Below, one piece after another: positions 29,982-42,890 of a stretch of DNA of 64,000 nucleotides; positions within the stretch are counted from its first letter, which is position 1; every line of letters starts with the position of its first letter. The notes beneath the pieces were generated by a model. The model saw nothing but the letters and a program-made list of their open reading frames with translations. It was not told the DNA's origin and ran no database searches. A program made the translations under genes and the position numbers. Source of the stretch: Conidiobolus incongruus B7586. Its lineage: Eukaryota. The stretch covers positions 1 through 64,000 of the forward strand of contig JNEM01013820.1 of assembly GCA_000697335.1 (NCBI GenBank). Reading direction: 5' to 3'.

Positions 29982-30888
29982 ATATATTACTAATTAAATT
30001 TTTGGTATAATATTTAAAGTTTAATACATTTATAGTTATATTGAATTTAGTATTAAAGTTAAATAAATTTTTGAGTGACTTGAATTTTTTGATTGAATGA
30101 ACTTTAAACATTTCGAATTTGGATGAAATTTATTGTGGGAACGATTCCTGATTATAAATTTATGATATTTTTAAAACAATAAAAAAAATTTTTTTGATTG
30201 AATAAATCAGTGACATTATATTCAAACCAATAAAATTTAGTATTTATGATATAATTTAATAATAAAAAAATTATAAAAAATGTTCATCTGTAGTTTTAAT
30301 ACCATTCAAATTATAATCTTATAAAATTAATTATTTAATTTTATAATAAATTTTTGAATTGATAAATGAAATTTCCAAATATAACATATAAAATAATTGA
30401 AAAATAATTGAAATACTAATCTTGGAAGAATTCAATTTAGAAAGATTAAATAATATTCAAAATTGATAAATCAAATAATTAACATATCATATATAATGAT
30501 AAATTATTTGAAATATCAAATTCTTAATATTTGCTAAAATTATTAGTCTGTTTCATTTTATCACGGATCCATTCAAATTAAAACAATATTCAATATAAAT
30601 ATAATTTGTTTAGTTAAATGGATTATAACTTAATATAATATAATATAATATATATAGGTTGACAATGGATTATTCGAAGTAAAATAATCAATTTTAAAAA
30701 TGGAATATATCCAGTTAAATGTTTTTTAGTTTTAAGAAAGTTTTTGGGAATTCGATATATAGTAATAAATATAAGTTAAAATGAATTAACTTTCAAATTC
30801 CAAAATATAAATAGAAAATATTATCCTTAAAAATTAGAGGTTGTTTAATTAAAAAGTTAATTACAATTACACAAAACTAACGCTACTA

Positions 30889-32350
30889 TTATATTTTCAT
30901 AATTTGAATAGAGGGACTGGGTACTGTATTGAATGGCGTTTCACCACACTCTTGAATGGGTGTCGGTTTGGGACCAGATACAGTGTCTTTGTCCATGGGA
31001 GTGAGAAAATTGAGTTCCTTGGATTTAAAGTTATTCAAGTCCTAAAAAATATATTAGTATTTAATTATTAATATATGAGCTACTTAAATTACTTCAATCG
31101 TGTTGATACTCGATAACTGACTAAAGAGTTGGCTATGGTTGCTAATTTTGTCGGAATACTCCTCGTTCTTGGCATTGGATCTCAGTTGAGTGTTGAGTTC
31201 CTGACAGTTTTTTAAGAGTTCCTTAAGGCTGTCTACTTTGGCGTCTTTGAAGTAGGGTTCGGGTACTGGAAGTTTACCTATTAAATTATAAATATTGATT
31301 TATGTAGAATTGGGGAGAAGTGGACTTACTGACTGATACGGGACTAAAGATATCTTCCATCCAGTTATGATTGCGCATGTATCGATATAGCGATACTTCT
31401 TTGGATGTGATTAGATCCAGTTCGTCACCGCTTGGGTATTGCACTTTGGGATCGGCAGGTACTCCTCCATGTGGAGCACCTGGACCTGCCATGCGAGGAT
31501 CATGAGGTCCTTTGATATTGGGTCTCTTTTTGTATTTTTGGTTGGGAGGTGGATAGTTGACAGGATGAGGCATCTGAGGTATTTGAGGCATCTGTACCTT
31601 CATAGGTAATTGGGCAGGATGAGTAGGATGAGGAAGTATGTTATTCATCGTCTGAGGATTCATTAAAGCAGGATTCATTTGTCTGTGTCTTGTGACTATA
31701 TTTTCAAATTAATTAAATTTAATAATGATTAAGTATAATTATATAATCATTACCTGCGCTCAATGACAAATAATGAATCAATTGAATTTGGCTGGTCCTA
31801 GGTTCAGGAGTTTCAAAATAATATCTCATTTTAGCCATCGTTGGCATTTTTTCACCAGGTTTGACACCATTAAGAGTTTCGCCAATTATTAAATGCTGAA
31901 TAAAAAATAATTATTTATCTATAAATAAAATATTACGAAGATAATTTTACCATATTGTGTTGTAAAGGTAATTTCTGTTTATGCTCAGCATTAATCCAAG
32001 TATAACTTTAAATCAAATTAATAAAATGTGAATAACTGATAGTAAAATATTGTTACCCATCATCAGGTAATTTATCAATGGTTGACATATTGATAATATA
32101 ACATTTTCCTTCTAAACAAAATATTAAATTTTTAGGTTTTGGACAATTTATTAAATTTACCTGGAGGTTGGTTAATCTTAGTCCAGCTATAATTTTCAGG
32201 TTTAATATGAACTGCTTTGAATAGTGTGGTAGCAGCGTTTCTAGGATCCATCAAATGTAATATGGTTTCATGTTGGCTTTCGATTTTGGCTACGAAATAG
32301 TCTCCACCACTTCCTACCTGGTTGACAAGCGCTGGATTATATGATGCCAT
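30889..32350 (-). CDS. Ssr4-like SWI/SNF and RSC complex subunit (DUF1750 family); 7 exons
   Basis: N-terminal PDDGYTW motif, Pro/Gln-rich linker and GDELDLITSKEVSLYRYMRNHNWMEDIFSP, which matches the Ssr4 C-terminal motif as I recall it. All six introns are GT-AG and in frame. Confidence 0.75.
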
Positions 32351-33732
32351 GATTATTTATTATTTATTTGATATTAATAGATTAGTTATTTAAAATATTT
32401 ATTTTGATTAATTTTAACTTTAGTTTCAATTCAATTCAAATATTTATGTAAATAATACTTATTATGGGATCAATTTTTTTGATTATCAAATACAGTTAAA
32501 ATTCTTTGAACAAACCTAATTTTAACAAATTTGAATGAATATTAATTTTAGAATGTAGTTGTACCAATAAAAAATTCATTATTTTTTTTAAAAATATTTA
32601 AATTTTATTATTATTGCTATCGAATTATGTTATATTTACTATAACTATATTTTTATAAAATGTCATTTTTAGATTATAATTTCATTTTTAACTAGTTCAA
32701 ACTTTGGATTTTAAATTTATTCCAATAGCAATATATTTCTAACTACCATTTTATAAGAAAACAAACCATCTCATACTATTTTTATTTACCAAATTTCTAT
32801 ATATACCTTTTAATATACGAAGTAAATGCAGAATCAAAAAATTGGCAAAATTATATATGTCCCAAATTCCATTTTATTAAATTATTGAATCAAATGATTT
32901 TACATTAAAATGTGAAGAGTACTCTATTTAACTATATTTTCAAATAATTAAAGATAAGCAATATCACATCTAATGGATAAATTGAAATATACCAAATTAA
33001 TTTTTAATTGATGAAGTTTTGAAAACATATCCAAATATTGAATACTAGTAAACTTATTTACAATTTTAAATATTGATATTTAGAATATGCCAAAATCAAT
33101 TGATTGATTGAAAAATAACTGAAATAAAGGCAACTACTATCAATTATAAAATCAAATTATCAATCTTGGCAAAAAACATATATTTTCAATAAATTTCATA
33201 ACTCAAAGAATTCAAGTGAAATAGTGAAGATAAAATTTCAAAATTTTTTAATTATACAAACAATATCAAGGTCAAAATATTGACAAGATTTAAATTATAT
33301 TCAATAATTTAAAATATTATTTAATAGAAAAATATCTAAAATTAAGTATATTAGAGCATTACAAAAAGAGAAACGTGAAAAATTCCAATTCAAGAACAGA
33401 TAAAATTCACGTGGTGAATTGAATTTTAGCGATATCATATTAGGTGAAGATAAGGTATTCGAGAAGTTTAGTAGTATATATTTAATTGATTTGAACTGAT
33501 TTAAAATTCAAATATACATTATATAAAACTATTTTTATGATTATATAGTTCATTTTAACTAATCTAAGTATCAATCTTAATGATACTTCTATGAATTATA
33601 ACAATTAAGTATATATTTCTATAAATCAATTTGTGTAGATTTAAATTATTAGTATAGAAATTAAGAAATGGCAAATTTTTTAATTTTTGATCTTTCAAAC
33701 ATATTATACATTTTGAAAAATTATATATATAT

Positions 33733-34960
33733 ATAATATATAGGAAATTAAATATTTTCAAACTATATATATATTCAATTTTAATTATTTTTTTATTAAA
33801 ATATTTTGATTTTAAAATTTACACTTAAATTTGATTATGCTTAAATTAGATTACAATTATCAAATAGCTTTTATTTTTGTATTTTTAAAACTTAACTATA
33901 AACCCTTTAAAATTATTTAAAACTTGTAAATAACTTATAAAGATGGTGTTTTATTTAAAACTACTATATATCACTAAATTTGTTATTTTAAAGCTAAAAG
34001 GGATATTATTTAAAATTTACTAAAATCTAAAAGATTAATTTCTATTATTACTCTTTTACTTATTAATAAAGTAAAAAAATATATTAAGAAATCCCTTTTT
34101 ATTTTTATTAAAAAATTATTAAAGTAATTTAATATTAATTATATAAGCATATTATATTTACTTAAGTTTAAACTTAATTTAATTAATAAAAATATAAAAT
34201 AAATACCTTATAATTTAATAAAAGCTTAAAAAAATTAAAGTAGTTATAGTTAAATTAAACTTATTAAAGTTTAATTAAAAATAAATGTTTTTACAATAAA
34301 TACTTATAATTAATGAATCTTAAATTTTTTTATAATCTTTTACTTAAAAATAAAACCAAATGTTAAGTTAAGTTAAATTAATTTTTTCTATAAATTCTAA
34401 TAAATAAATACTTTAAATATAAGTAAATGTTAATTGTTATAATAAATTATAATGGTATATAGTTTTTCTATTTAATATCTTAAAGAAAATTAATTAATAG
34501 TAAATTATATATTACTTTTTTAAATAAAATTATTTTTAAATGATATTTTTAATATAAATTAAAATCATTAATTATTATATATAATAATTACAAAATATAT
34601 AAAATTAAAATTATAAAAGATTTTTTATATAAAAAAAATAAAAGGAATTACTATATCTAATATATTCACTTAATTATAACTTATATAATTATTATTGTTT
34701 TAAATAATTAAAAAAATAACTTACAAGAAAAAAAAATCTTACAAACAAATTAAATTAGTTTATAAAATATTAAATTTCAATCTTTAATAAAAAGAACTAT
34801 TTTTTAAGTATTAGAAACTTATTAAAGGTATAAAAAAAGTTATTAATAATAGAAGAAGCTATTAATTTTATATTATTCATTAATTTTTATATATTATTTA
34901 TTAATTTATTTATTTAAATTTAATTTTAAAATTGTGCCATTACTTAATTTCTATATTTAT
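33733..34960 (+). mobile_element. Extremely AT-eroded Tc1/mariner (mariner-type) relic, ~1.23 kb
   Basis: Degenerate motifs in the right order: K*IPYNL at ~34200 (WVPHEL-like), ILIINES*IF at ~34300 (TGDEKWI-like), LYLIYSLNYNLYNY at ~34650-34695 (HPPYSPDLAPCDY-like). Imperfect terminal inverted repeats TATAG(G)AAATTAA. Confidence 0.6.
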
Positions 34961-36329
34961 AATTATAATGAAGTTAAAGCTTATGTTTATAATTACCAAA
35001 AGATTAATTTTTGATTAAATTTATAATACTTATATTGATTGATTAAATAACTATTTATTATTTTAATCTGATATCATTTTCCAAAAACCTATATTTTGAA
35101 TTTAAATATACATTGGGTTAAAGTTTTTAGAATATATATAAATGCAAATATATTATTTAATTATTATATATATTGATTATAATTATACTTTATATCCAAT
35201 TATGTTATAATGAAATATATATTGAATTTTTTTCTTTTGACTCTGATTATAAAAATGGGTTATTAATTTTAACATTCACATTTGTTTATAGTTTGTTAAA
35301 TAGCTTGATGAATTTATTATTGGTATTCAATACAAATGATTAATACAAAGCTAATTTGTGTACTAAACTAACTATACTTTTTCTTCAATATATTTAGCAT
35401 ATATAAAAATTAATGATATTTATTAAACCAAATGGTTATTTTTTTTCTAAGTAATGAATTGCCCAAATATTATGATTTTTGCAATTGAAAACTAAGTCCA
35501 ATTAATTAGTTTAAAAATCAAAGTATTTTAAAAATATTTTAATTTATAATTTAAAATATTCAAATAAAATTATGATTTTATTAAGTATTTCTCAAGTGGC
35601 AAACTATAATGGTTTAATAAAATTGAAAAAAGAAAGACTTATGTAAATAACATTTCACAGCTTGGTGATGTAGGAATAACTCTACAATATAAACATAGCC
35701 ATTAATATAATAAATTTGTAAATATTAATGAATTACTACTATTGAATTTTTGTTAAAATAATTCAATTTGATTTCACATTCACTGAAATTGCAAAATTGA
35801 CATTGATTCAATGGATTGAAGATTTAGTGGAAATTATTATTTTGATTATATAATTGAACCAATGGTAAAGATTTTAATATTTTAATATATCTATATGATG
35901 GTAGTTATCAGTATAACAAATAGTCTAATTGTTAATAATTAATTTGATATAGCTTGGTGAGTTGACAATTCAGTTGAAAAAAAATATAATTTTAAGTCTT
36001 GATATATTTATGGATAAAGTTTATTAAAATATTCAAAATAGTATAATTATAATCTCTGATTTGGTTATCATTATATAATAAATTTTTGTATATAAAAAAT
36101 ATTATAGATGAAATAAATCCCTATTATTAAAATTTCGAAATATAGTTTGTGTTGAAAGGGGTTCAAATGCACCAATCAAAATTACCAACATTTCAACCAA
36201 TATCAGGTTAAATTTGCTTGAAATTAACCCATAAATCTAATCCAAATTCTATACGGTAAAAATTCCAAATCATCGACGTAGGTCCAAATTCAAAGATATT
36301 GAATAACTCTTAATTGATAATAAAATAAA

Positions 36330-37151
36330 ATGATATTCTTTAAAAAATTAGTCGTATGCTTGGGTTTACTTCCTCTCACCAATGTATTAGCTGATTCTAA
36401 TTTAAACTTTGACCTTCATGCTAGTCCCTCTCATCAACCTACCAGAAAATGTGCTTCTATGTGGTTTATGAAGGATTCTCACATTATTGCTACAGTTAGC
36501 TCTCCTACCGCCGGAAATCAACGTGTTGAATTTGAAGTATATTAGATTATTTTACAAAAGTAATGAATATTTGTTAATTTCATTCCTAGGTATCTGACAT
36601 GGCCGATCCCCCTAATAAATATGGTACAGTTAAGGATGTCACAGATAACAAGGTGGATTTCACAACCCATCAAGATGGTGAAGTTTATTTCTGTTTTGTT
36701 AATTATATTACCACTCAAGGTATTTTCACTTGCCAATCACTTCCAATCTTACAAATATTCACACATTGACATTTAGGTGTTTATCCTTCTGACCAACTCT
36801 ACCGCTCTATCAGTTTAAAGATAAGCTACGGCAAGACTTACGAAGATTATGATATTATCGCCAAGGCTGAAAAACTGAAACCCAGAGAAATAGAATTATT
36901 AAAATTGGAAGGCACTATTAGGTCAGTCATGTATACTATGGACTATTTAAAGAGAAATAATGTTGATAAGCAAGCTCACCACGGTAATACCATCGATTTT
37001 CATTAATTAATTATAGCTAATGAATGTTTTAGAACTTGCTAACACTCGCATCCACCGTTTTAATTTGGCAGCTATTGGTATTTTATTATTGGTTGGCGCT
37101 TGGCAAGTTCTCTATCTTCGAACTTTCTTCAAAACTAAGAAGTTAATTTAA
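36330..37151 (+). CDS. p24/emp24/gp25L family cargo receptor, Erv25/TMED10-like; 4 exons
   Basis: Signal peptide, GOLD-domain Cys pair (RKC...YFCF), AKAEKLKPREIELLKLE, C-terminal TM helix and WQVLYLRTFFKTKKLI dilysine tail. Three GT-AG introns. Confidence 0.9.
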
Positions 37152-38496
37152 ATATTCTGTTACTTTGCCTATGATCTCTTAATCAAATAACATAAATTTT
37201 ACCTACCTTTATCAGGTCAAAAACTTTTTAAATTATATCTTATAATTTGAAATATTACTATTATTATTTTATATCTTAGATTATTAATTAATTAATTAAT
37301 TACATATTAACTTGGATTTATTATCAAAATTTCAGTATAAAAAATAATATAATCTTTCTATTCTGACTCAATAATTATATTAAATGCAGTATATTAATAG
37401 TTACTTTAATTTTTAATATTGTAATTAATATTTTATATTTCCATTATATTAAACTATTTATTAAATTTAAAGATTTATGATTAATATAAATCCAAATGAA
37501 TTGTTTAATTTAATCTTAATTTTTTATAAACAATTTAAATAATCTATATCACAATTTTTTTATATTTAACAAATTAAAATATTAATAAATTTTAAAGCTA
37601 CATTTATTTTCACCTTCTTAAACATAATTAATGAATATTAAAATAAATTTTGTTATATTATTTTCTCATATTTTTTTATATTAATTTTTAAATTAAATAA
37701 TCTTTTTAAATTTTATATTTTTATATATAGAAATTTTGAAATAATCGAATAGAATAATGATTTTGATTCATTAATAATAATTGGATAACATTTGAATGAT
37801 AAAATTAAAATATAACTAATATATTGTGGTATGTATATTATTATTATTATTACATTTATATAAGGTTTGTATATTATTTTTTAATCTTATGAACAAATAA
37901 ATCCATAATACTTTTAAAAAAATTAGATTTTATCAATAATTGATGATTATTTAAAGAATACTATCAATACAAGTGTGTAATTAATTATCAATAACTATAA
38001 ATTTACTATCCAATATTTTAGTTGATTTGAACTATATTAATGGTTATATTATATTTCTAAATATATAATTATTTTTTATATGATATTTAAAATAGTTTAA
38101 TAATTTTCAATTGATAATTACACAGAAAATGATAAGTATTTTAGCTAATACTACGATGTTTGATACGGTGATAATAAAACTGCATGATTAATCTAACATA
38201 AGCTTTGGATTCAAAGTTTATACCACATGGTTTATTAGTAAAACGATCGAATATTTAATTCATTTCTCTCTCAGGTGTCTTAATTCACTCAAGATTGTCC
38301 CAATTAAAATTTGATGATTAATTTGAATATCACATTTATCAGCCTAATAATGTCCTAATTTAGCAAATTGGAGCATTTTGAAAGCATTCAAACTAAAATG
38401 ACTAATTGATTAGTGAACGTTGATCTGACAACTTGAAAGAATGAACACCAACAACGCTTTAGTCATCCAGTTCAATTTCTACCAACAAGCTTTTGA

Positions 38497-38504
38497 TATA
38501 AATA
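38497..38504 (+). promoter_or_regulatory. Candidate TATA box
   Basis: TATAAATA about 80 nt upstream of the ATG at 38581. Confidence 0.3.
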
Positions 38505-38580
38505 CTCTGAAGTATTCAGTCATGATACTATATTGTTTAATCATTTTCTATTTATTTATTTATTCTATTTATTCACCAAT

Positions 38581-39849
38581 ATGGTTAAATATGCTGGCTT
38601 GTCGCTTTCGGTACTAACGGTTTTGGTGTCTTCGTTATCGGGTGCTCCTCTCGTAGATGGACTCTCAGGACTTCTAGAAAGTAAAGCTAAAGGCCAACCG
38701 GTCCAAGCTGCTTCAGTTCCAGCACCTGCTCCTATTCAGGCTGCTTCGGTCCCCATGTCAGCTCCCATTCAAGCTGCCTCAATCCCGTATCAAGCACCCA
38801 TGCAACCAGTGGTCTATCCCGTACAAGCACCATTAAGAGCCGCTTCAGTCCCTATGGGCTATCCATATATGGCTCCTGCACCGATGATGGTCAATCCTAT
38901 GATGCCAGGTCCAATGATGCCATCTCCTATGATAGCTCCACAGCCTATGCCAGCATCCCCAGCTCCAGCTCCAGCTCCTCAGGCTGATACAACTCTCACT
39001 GCAGCAGGCACACCTGCTATCAGCGAAGATGAAACTGAATATCCACCAGATGAATCTGACGAATATTCACCTGATGAAGAAGATGATAGAAGCCGTTACC
39101 GTCCAAGACCTCATCATCGTCCCAGACCTCACAGACGCCCAAGAATGCGTCGACCATATCATCCTCATCCAAGACCTCATCCAAATTATATACCACCACC
39201 TCCTAGATACACTCCTGATGAATATGATAACAATGACAGCTTTTATCCACCTGAAAACTATTACAACACCATGTATGATGACAATTACATGAATGATAGA
39301 TATGACGACAACTACAACGATTACCCAGAGTCCAACTGGGGCTATTCCGGACCCAGTGACAATTATGACATGTTTCTTTCAGATTATCCAGAGTTTTATA
39401 ACGGCCCTGGAGAAAACTATGACCAATCACCTGAAAACTATGAAGAAAACAGCGAACTAAATTATGACAATCCTCCCTCACCATCTCCAGAAAATTATGA
39501 AGAAAATAATGAACAGAATTATAATAGCCCTGTTCCATTTCCACCTGACAACTATGACAATCCTCCCCCACCCGAGAATTACTCAGAACTAGTATATCCT
39601 GAACCCATCGAAAACTATGAAGAGCCCAGTGACAACTACAACGAAGAGAACTATATACCTGAACCCCAAGACGATTACACACCACCTAGTGACAATTACA
39701 ATGAGCCCTACACACCAGAACCTGAAGACTATTACAACGACTATTCCTCACCTCCAGACAATTATAATGATTATCCGGAAATCCCATACGGCGACAATTA
39801 CAATGGCTACATGGGAAATAGGGATAATGGCGATTACTTTAGATATTAA
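38581..39849 (+). CDS. Secreted low-complexity Pro/Tyr/Asn/Asp/Glu-rich protein of unknown function (422 aa)
   Basis: Intronless ORF. First ATG at 38581 gives signal peptide MVKYAGLSLSVLTVLVSSLSG; QAASVP-type repeats, Arg/His/Pro block, many (P/D/E)NY repeats. Confidence 0.85.
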   Translation: MVKYAGLSLSVLTVLVSSLSGAPLVDGLSGLLESKAKGQPVQAASVPAPAPIQAASVPMSAPIQAASIPYQAPMQPVVYPVQAPLRAASVPMGYPYMAPAPMMVNPMMPGPMMPSPMIAPQPMPASPAPAPAPQADTTLTAAGTPAISEDETEYPPDESDEYSPDEEDDRSRYRPRPHHRPRPHRRPRMRRPYHPHPRPHPNYIPPPPRYTPDEYDNNDSFYPPENYYNTMYDDNYMNDRYDDNYNDYPESNWGYSGPSDNYDMFLSDYPEFYNGPGENYDQSPENYEENSELNYDNPPSPSPENYEENNEQNYNSPVPFPPDNYDNPPPPENYSELVYPEPIENYEEPSDNYNEENYIPEPQDDYTPPSDNYNEPYTPEPEDYYNDYSSPPDNYNDYPEIPYGDNYNGYMGNRDNGDYFRY

Positions 39850-40799
39850 ACACATAATTATTCATCATTATTATAAATACAGATATTATTTTTTTAATGG
39901 AATATATTTTTTTTGAATAAAGAAATTGTTTGTTATTATTAATTTAAAGTTTTTTTATGATTATTTTAAAATAATGAAACATAGGTAAAATTCCTTTTTG
40001 AAAATTATATCTAATAATTAATGATTAGTTTTGAAATAAATATAATTTTCAATCGAATAATTCAATTAAAATTGGATTAATTTATTTAATTCTAAATTTT
40101 AGATATTCAATATTATAAAAAGATTTTAATTTTTAAAATGATAAATTATTTCTCAATTTTTAATAATTATTATTTATTTAATAAAAAAATTTTATATCTA
40201 TTAATATTAAAATCATAATGAAATTTTCTCAATTACATTAATTAAAATATTCTACTAAGTCATCATTTAATATGTCATTTTAATCATATTCAATATTTGC
40301 CTCAATTTGTTTAATCATGGATATTTTCAAGTTGTGGCCTCATCACCCCACATGATAGGAATATCTTGGATTGAAAGAGATTTAAATTTAATTGAATTAC
40401 AAATTGAGATAATAAATCTTGGTAAATTATCATTTATTTACGAAAATAAAGGTAAATTATTTAAGAGCTTTTAACTTAATTTTTAAAAATTTTTCAATAA
40501 TTATTGGAGAATATAATTTTGATATATTTATAAAAATATCAAATATAAAATTTTCCATTCAAAATAATTATATAATTGATATACTTATTGGTATAATAAT
40601 ATAAACTAAAATTCTCCCAAGGTTCAATTTGAAAATTAATTGAACAATTTTGTAATCTTTGTGATTAAATGATTGGGTCATTAGATCTCATCATACCCAT
40701 CCCATAATAACTAATTATTTAATCTTAATTCATAAATGGATAAATTCCATCTATCACCTAAAACAATTTTTGAATATATAATAATAATAAAACAACGAT

Positions 40800-41505
40800 A
40801 TGAGCAGTTATTTAATTAAAAATATTTTAAAAAAACCACAATTATTGACACGAAATTTAAAGTTCAATCAATTTAAGACATTTGCTACAACTAATAGTAA
40901 TTTTAATTCCAATTTCAATTTTATAATAATACATTTTGATAATTAAGTTATTTAGTTTCACTCCACGGTTCCGGAAAACCACCCGAAGGCGAAGGGTAAA
41001 CCACAAAATCTACTACACCTTATATCAATGCTTAACTATTTAGTTTAGTATCACTATTAATTTCATTACTCCAGAAGGCGAAAAGATTCCCGCTAGAGGT
41101 AGAATCGGTCAAAGTATTTTAGACGTCGCTCACAGCAACGATGTCGACTTGGAAGGTATTATCTAATATCGTAAATTGGTTTAATGATGTTTATTGATAG
41201 TTGGTTAGGTGCTTGTGAAGCCTCCCTAGCGTGCTCCACCTGCCATGTTATTTTGACTGAAGAAATTTACGACAGTTTAGAGGAGCCTACAGACGAAGAG
41301 AATGATATGTTAGATTTAGCATTTGGATTGACAGAAACTTCTCGTTTGGGATGTCAGGTTGAATTGAAGGAGCATATGGACGGTATGACTGTCAAACTTC
41401 CAAGTGCTACTCGTAATATGGCTGTCGATGGTATTTGATGTTTATAGAGATGCTTTATATGTTGTTAATATGGTTGCTTTAGGATTTAAACCCAAGCCCC
41501 ACTAA
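40800..41505 (+). CDS. YAH1: Mitochondrial [2Fe-2S] ferredoxin (adrenodoxin family); 5 exons
   Basis: Basic presequence, then [37 protein letters not shown] and C-terminal VDGFKPKPH. Four GT-AG introns. Confidence 0.95.
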
Positions 41506-41579
41506 TATTTAAATATCAGCCAAACAATATTCATTTGAAATTTAAAATAAAAAATCAAATATTGGAAATAAATAAGATT

Positions 41580-42890
41580 TTATTGATTTAATTTTTTCAA
41601 CAATTCGAGAACTTTAGTGTCAAATTGGAAATTTTGACAATACCTCTGTATAGATTGAATTCCGTGAATTATGAGTTGTTTAACATCCGTTAACTTTTCG
41701 AGGTTTTGAACTAGTGAGGACAACCAAATGTTTAAAATTTTGTCTCTCAGTTGGTTATTGGGGTAATTGGCAGTGACAAGAGTATCAGAGAAGGATTGAA
41801 AGGCGACGTGGTGGGGGTCTAGAGGATCTTGACAATGTTGGATCATTTGCGAGAAATAGGATTGTAGTATTACTTTATCAACGTCTTCTATGTTCTTAAT
41901 AGTTTGGAGTTCTTTCAATAGTATTTCATACACTTGGGATAGATGATCCAACTGATTCAAGCTTGTTAAAGCCTCCAAAGCCTCCAAAGCCATCAATACC
42001 AATTCGTATTGAAGTATAGTATCACTATTTTTGAAAAGTGTCGAATTCAAACAAGTTATAAGAGGATCAATCGACATAGGATTGACCCTAACGAATCCAA
42101 CAATCAACATTCTAAACAAACCTCTGTCCAATACTATGTCGGAGGTTGACAAATGCTTCAAAATCAGCTGAATGCCTCTCAAATCCCGCATGTTGAAGTA
42201 AGCGCCCAACACCAGTTTGTAGGTGTCCAAATCGGGCTCGAACTGACTCGATACCAACAGATCCCAAAATTTTTCGAGTTGATCTCGATCCCAGATACGT
42301 TGGAAGTAGTGCAAAAAAGTGTTGAAAATCTTGGGATTTTTAGTGAATTGGTCGTTATACAGTTTGTAGCTTTGGCTGAGTTGGTTGTTGTTCAGCAAGA
42401 GTTTGAACGCCGCTAAAATCCACTCATCTTTCAAGGCTTTTCGTTGCTGGCTGTTGTAGCCGCCAGTTGTTATTCGCTTGGAGATTTTCATTATGATTTT
42501 GGTTAGATTTGGGTTAGGTTGTCTCTGAATGTTACTATAGTGAGATACTAAGGAGGTCAGGGTGTTAAATGTGAGATTAGGATGGAATTCTATTTGGAAA
42601 AAGTTGAGACAGTTGAATTTAATCACTTTAGGTAGTACCTGATCCAGGAATTCCTCTAAGATCTCTTCGTGGTACAGTTTACTAGGACTATTCATCATTC
42701 TTTCATATACTTTATACCATAAATTGTACTGTTCAAAATTTTTTAAAGTATTGAAAATTGGTATAAACGATAGTGGCAGTATAGGACAATCGTTCGTCAA
42801 ATAGAACTGTATTAAATTAACAAAATCGGATTGACTGTTAGTAGCTTCAAACTGTCTTATCAACAAATGAAAGATTTGGCCTAATTCCAC
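41580..42890 (-). CDS. PPR-like helical repeat protein, probably mitochondrial; true start uncertain (frame stays open to ~43148)
   Basis: ~35-aa PPR-like units: IFNTFLHYFQRIWDRDQLEKFWDLLVSSQFEPD / TYKLVLGAYFNMRDLRGIQLILKHLSTSDIVLD / LFRMLIVGFVR. Confidence 0.65.
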   Translation of the reverse strand: MELGQIFHLLIRQFEATNSQSDFVNLIQFYLTNDCPILPLSFIPIFNTLKNFEQYNLWYKVYERMMNSPSKLYHEEILEEFLDQVLPKVIKFNCLNFFQIEFHPNLTFNTLTSLVSHYSNIQRQPNPNLTKIIMKISKRITTGGYNSQQRKALKDEWILAAFKLLLNNNQLSQSYKLYNDQFTKNPKIFNTFLHYFQRIWDRDQLEKFWDLLVSSQFEPDLDTYKLVLGAYFNMRDLRGIQLILKHLSTSDIVLDRGLFRMLIVGFVRVNPMSIDPLITCLNSTLFKNSDTILQYELVLMALEALEALTSLNQLDHLSQVYEILLKELQTIKNIEDVDKVILQSYFSQMIQHCQDPLDPHHVAFQSFSDTLVTANYPNNQLRDKILNIWLSSLVQNLEKLTDVKQLIIHGIQSIQRYCQNFQFDTKVLELLKKLNQ

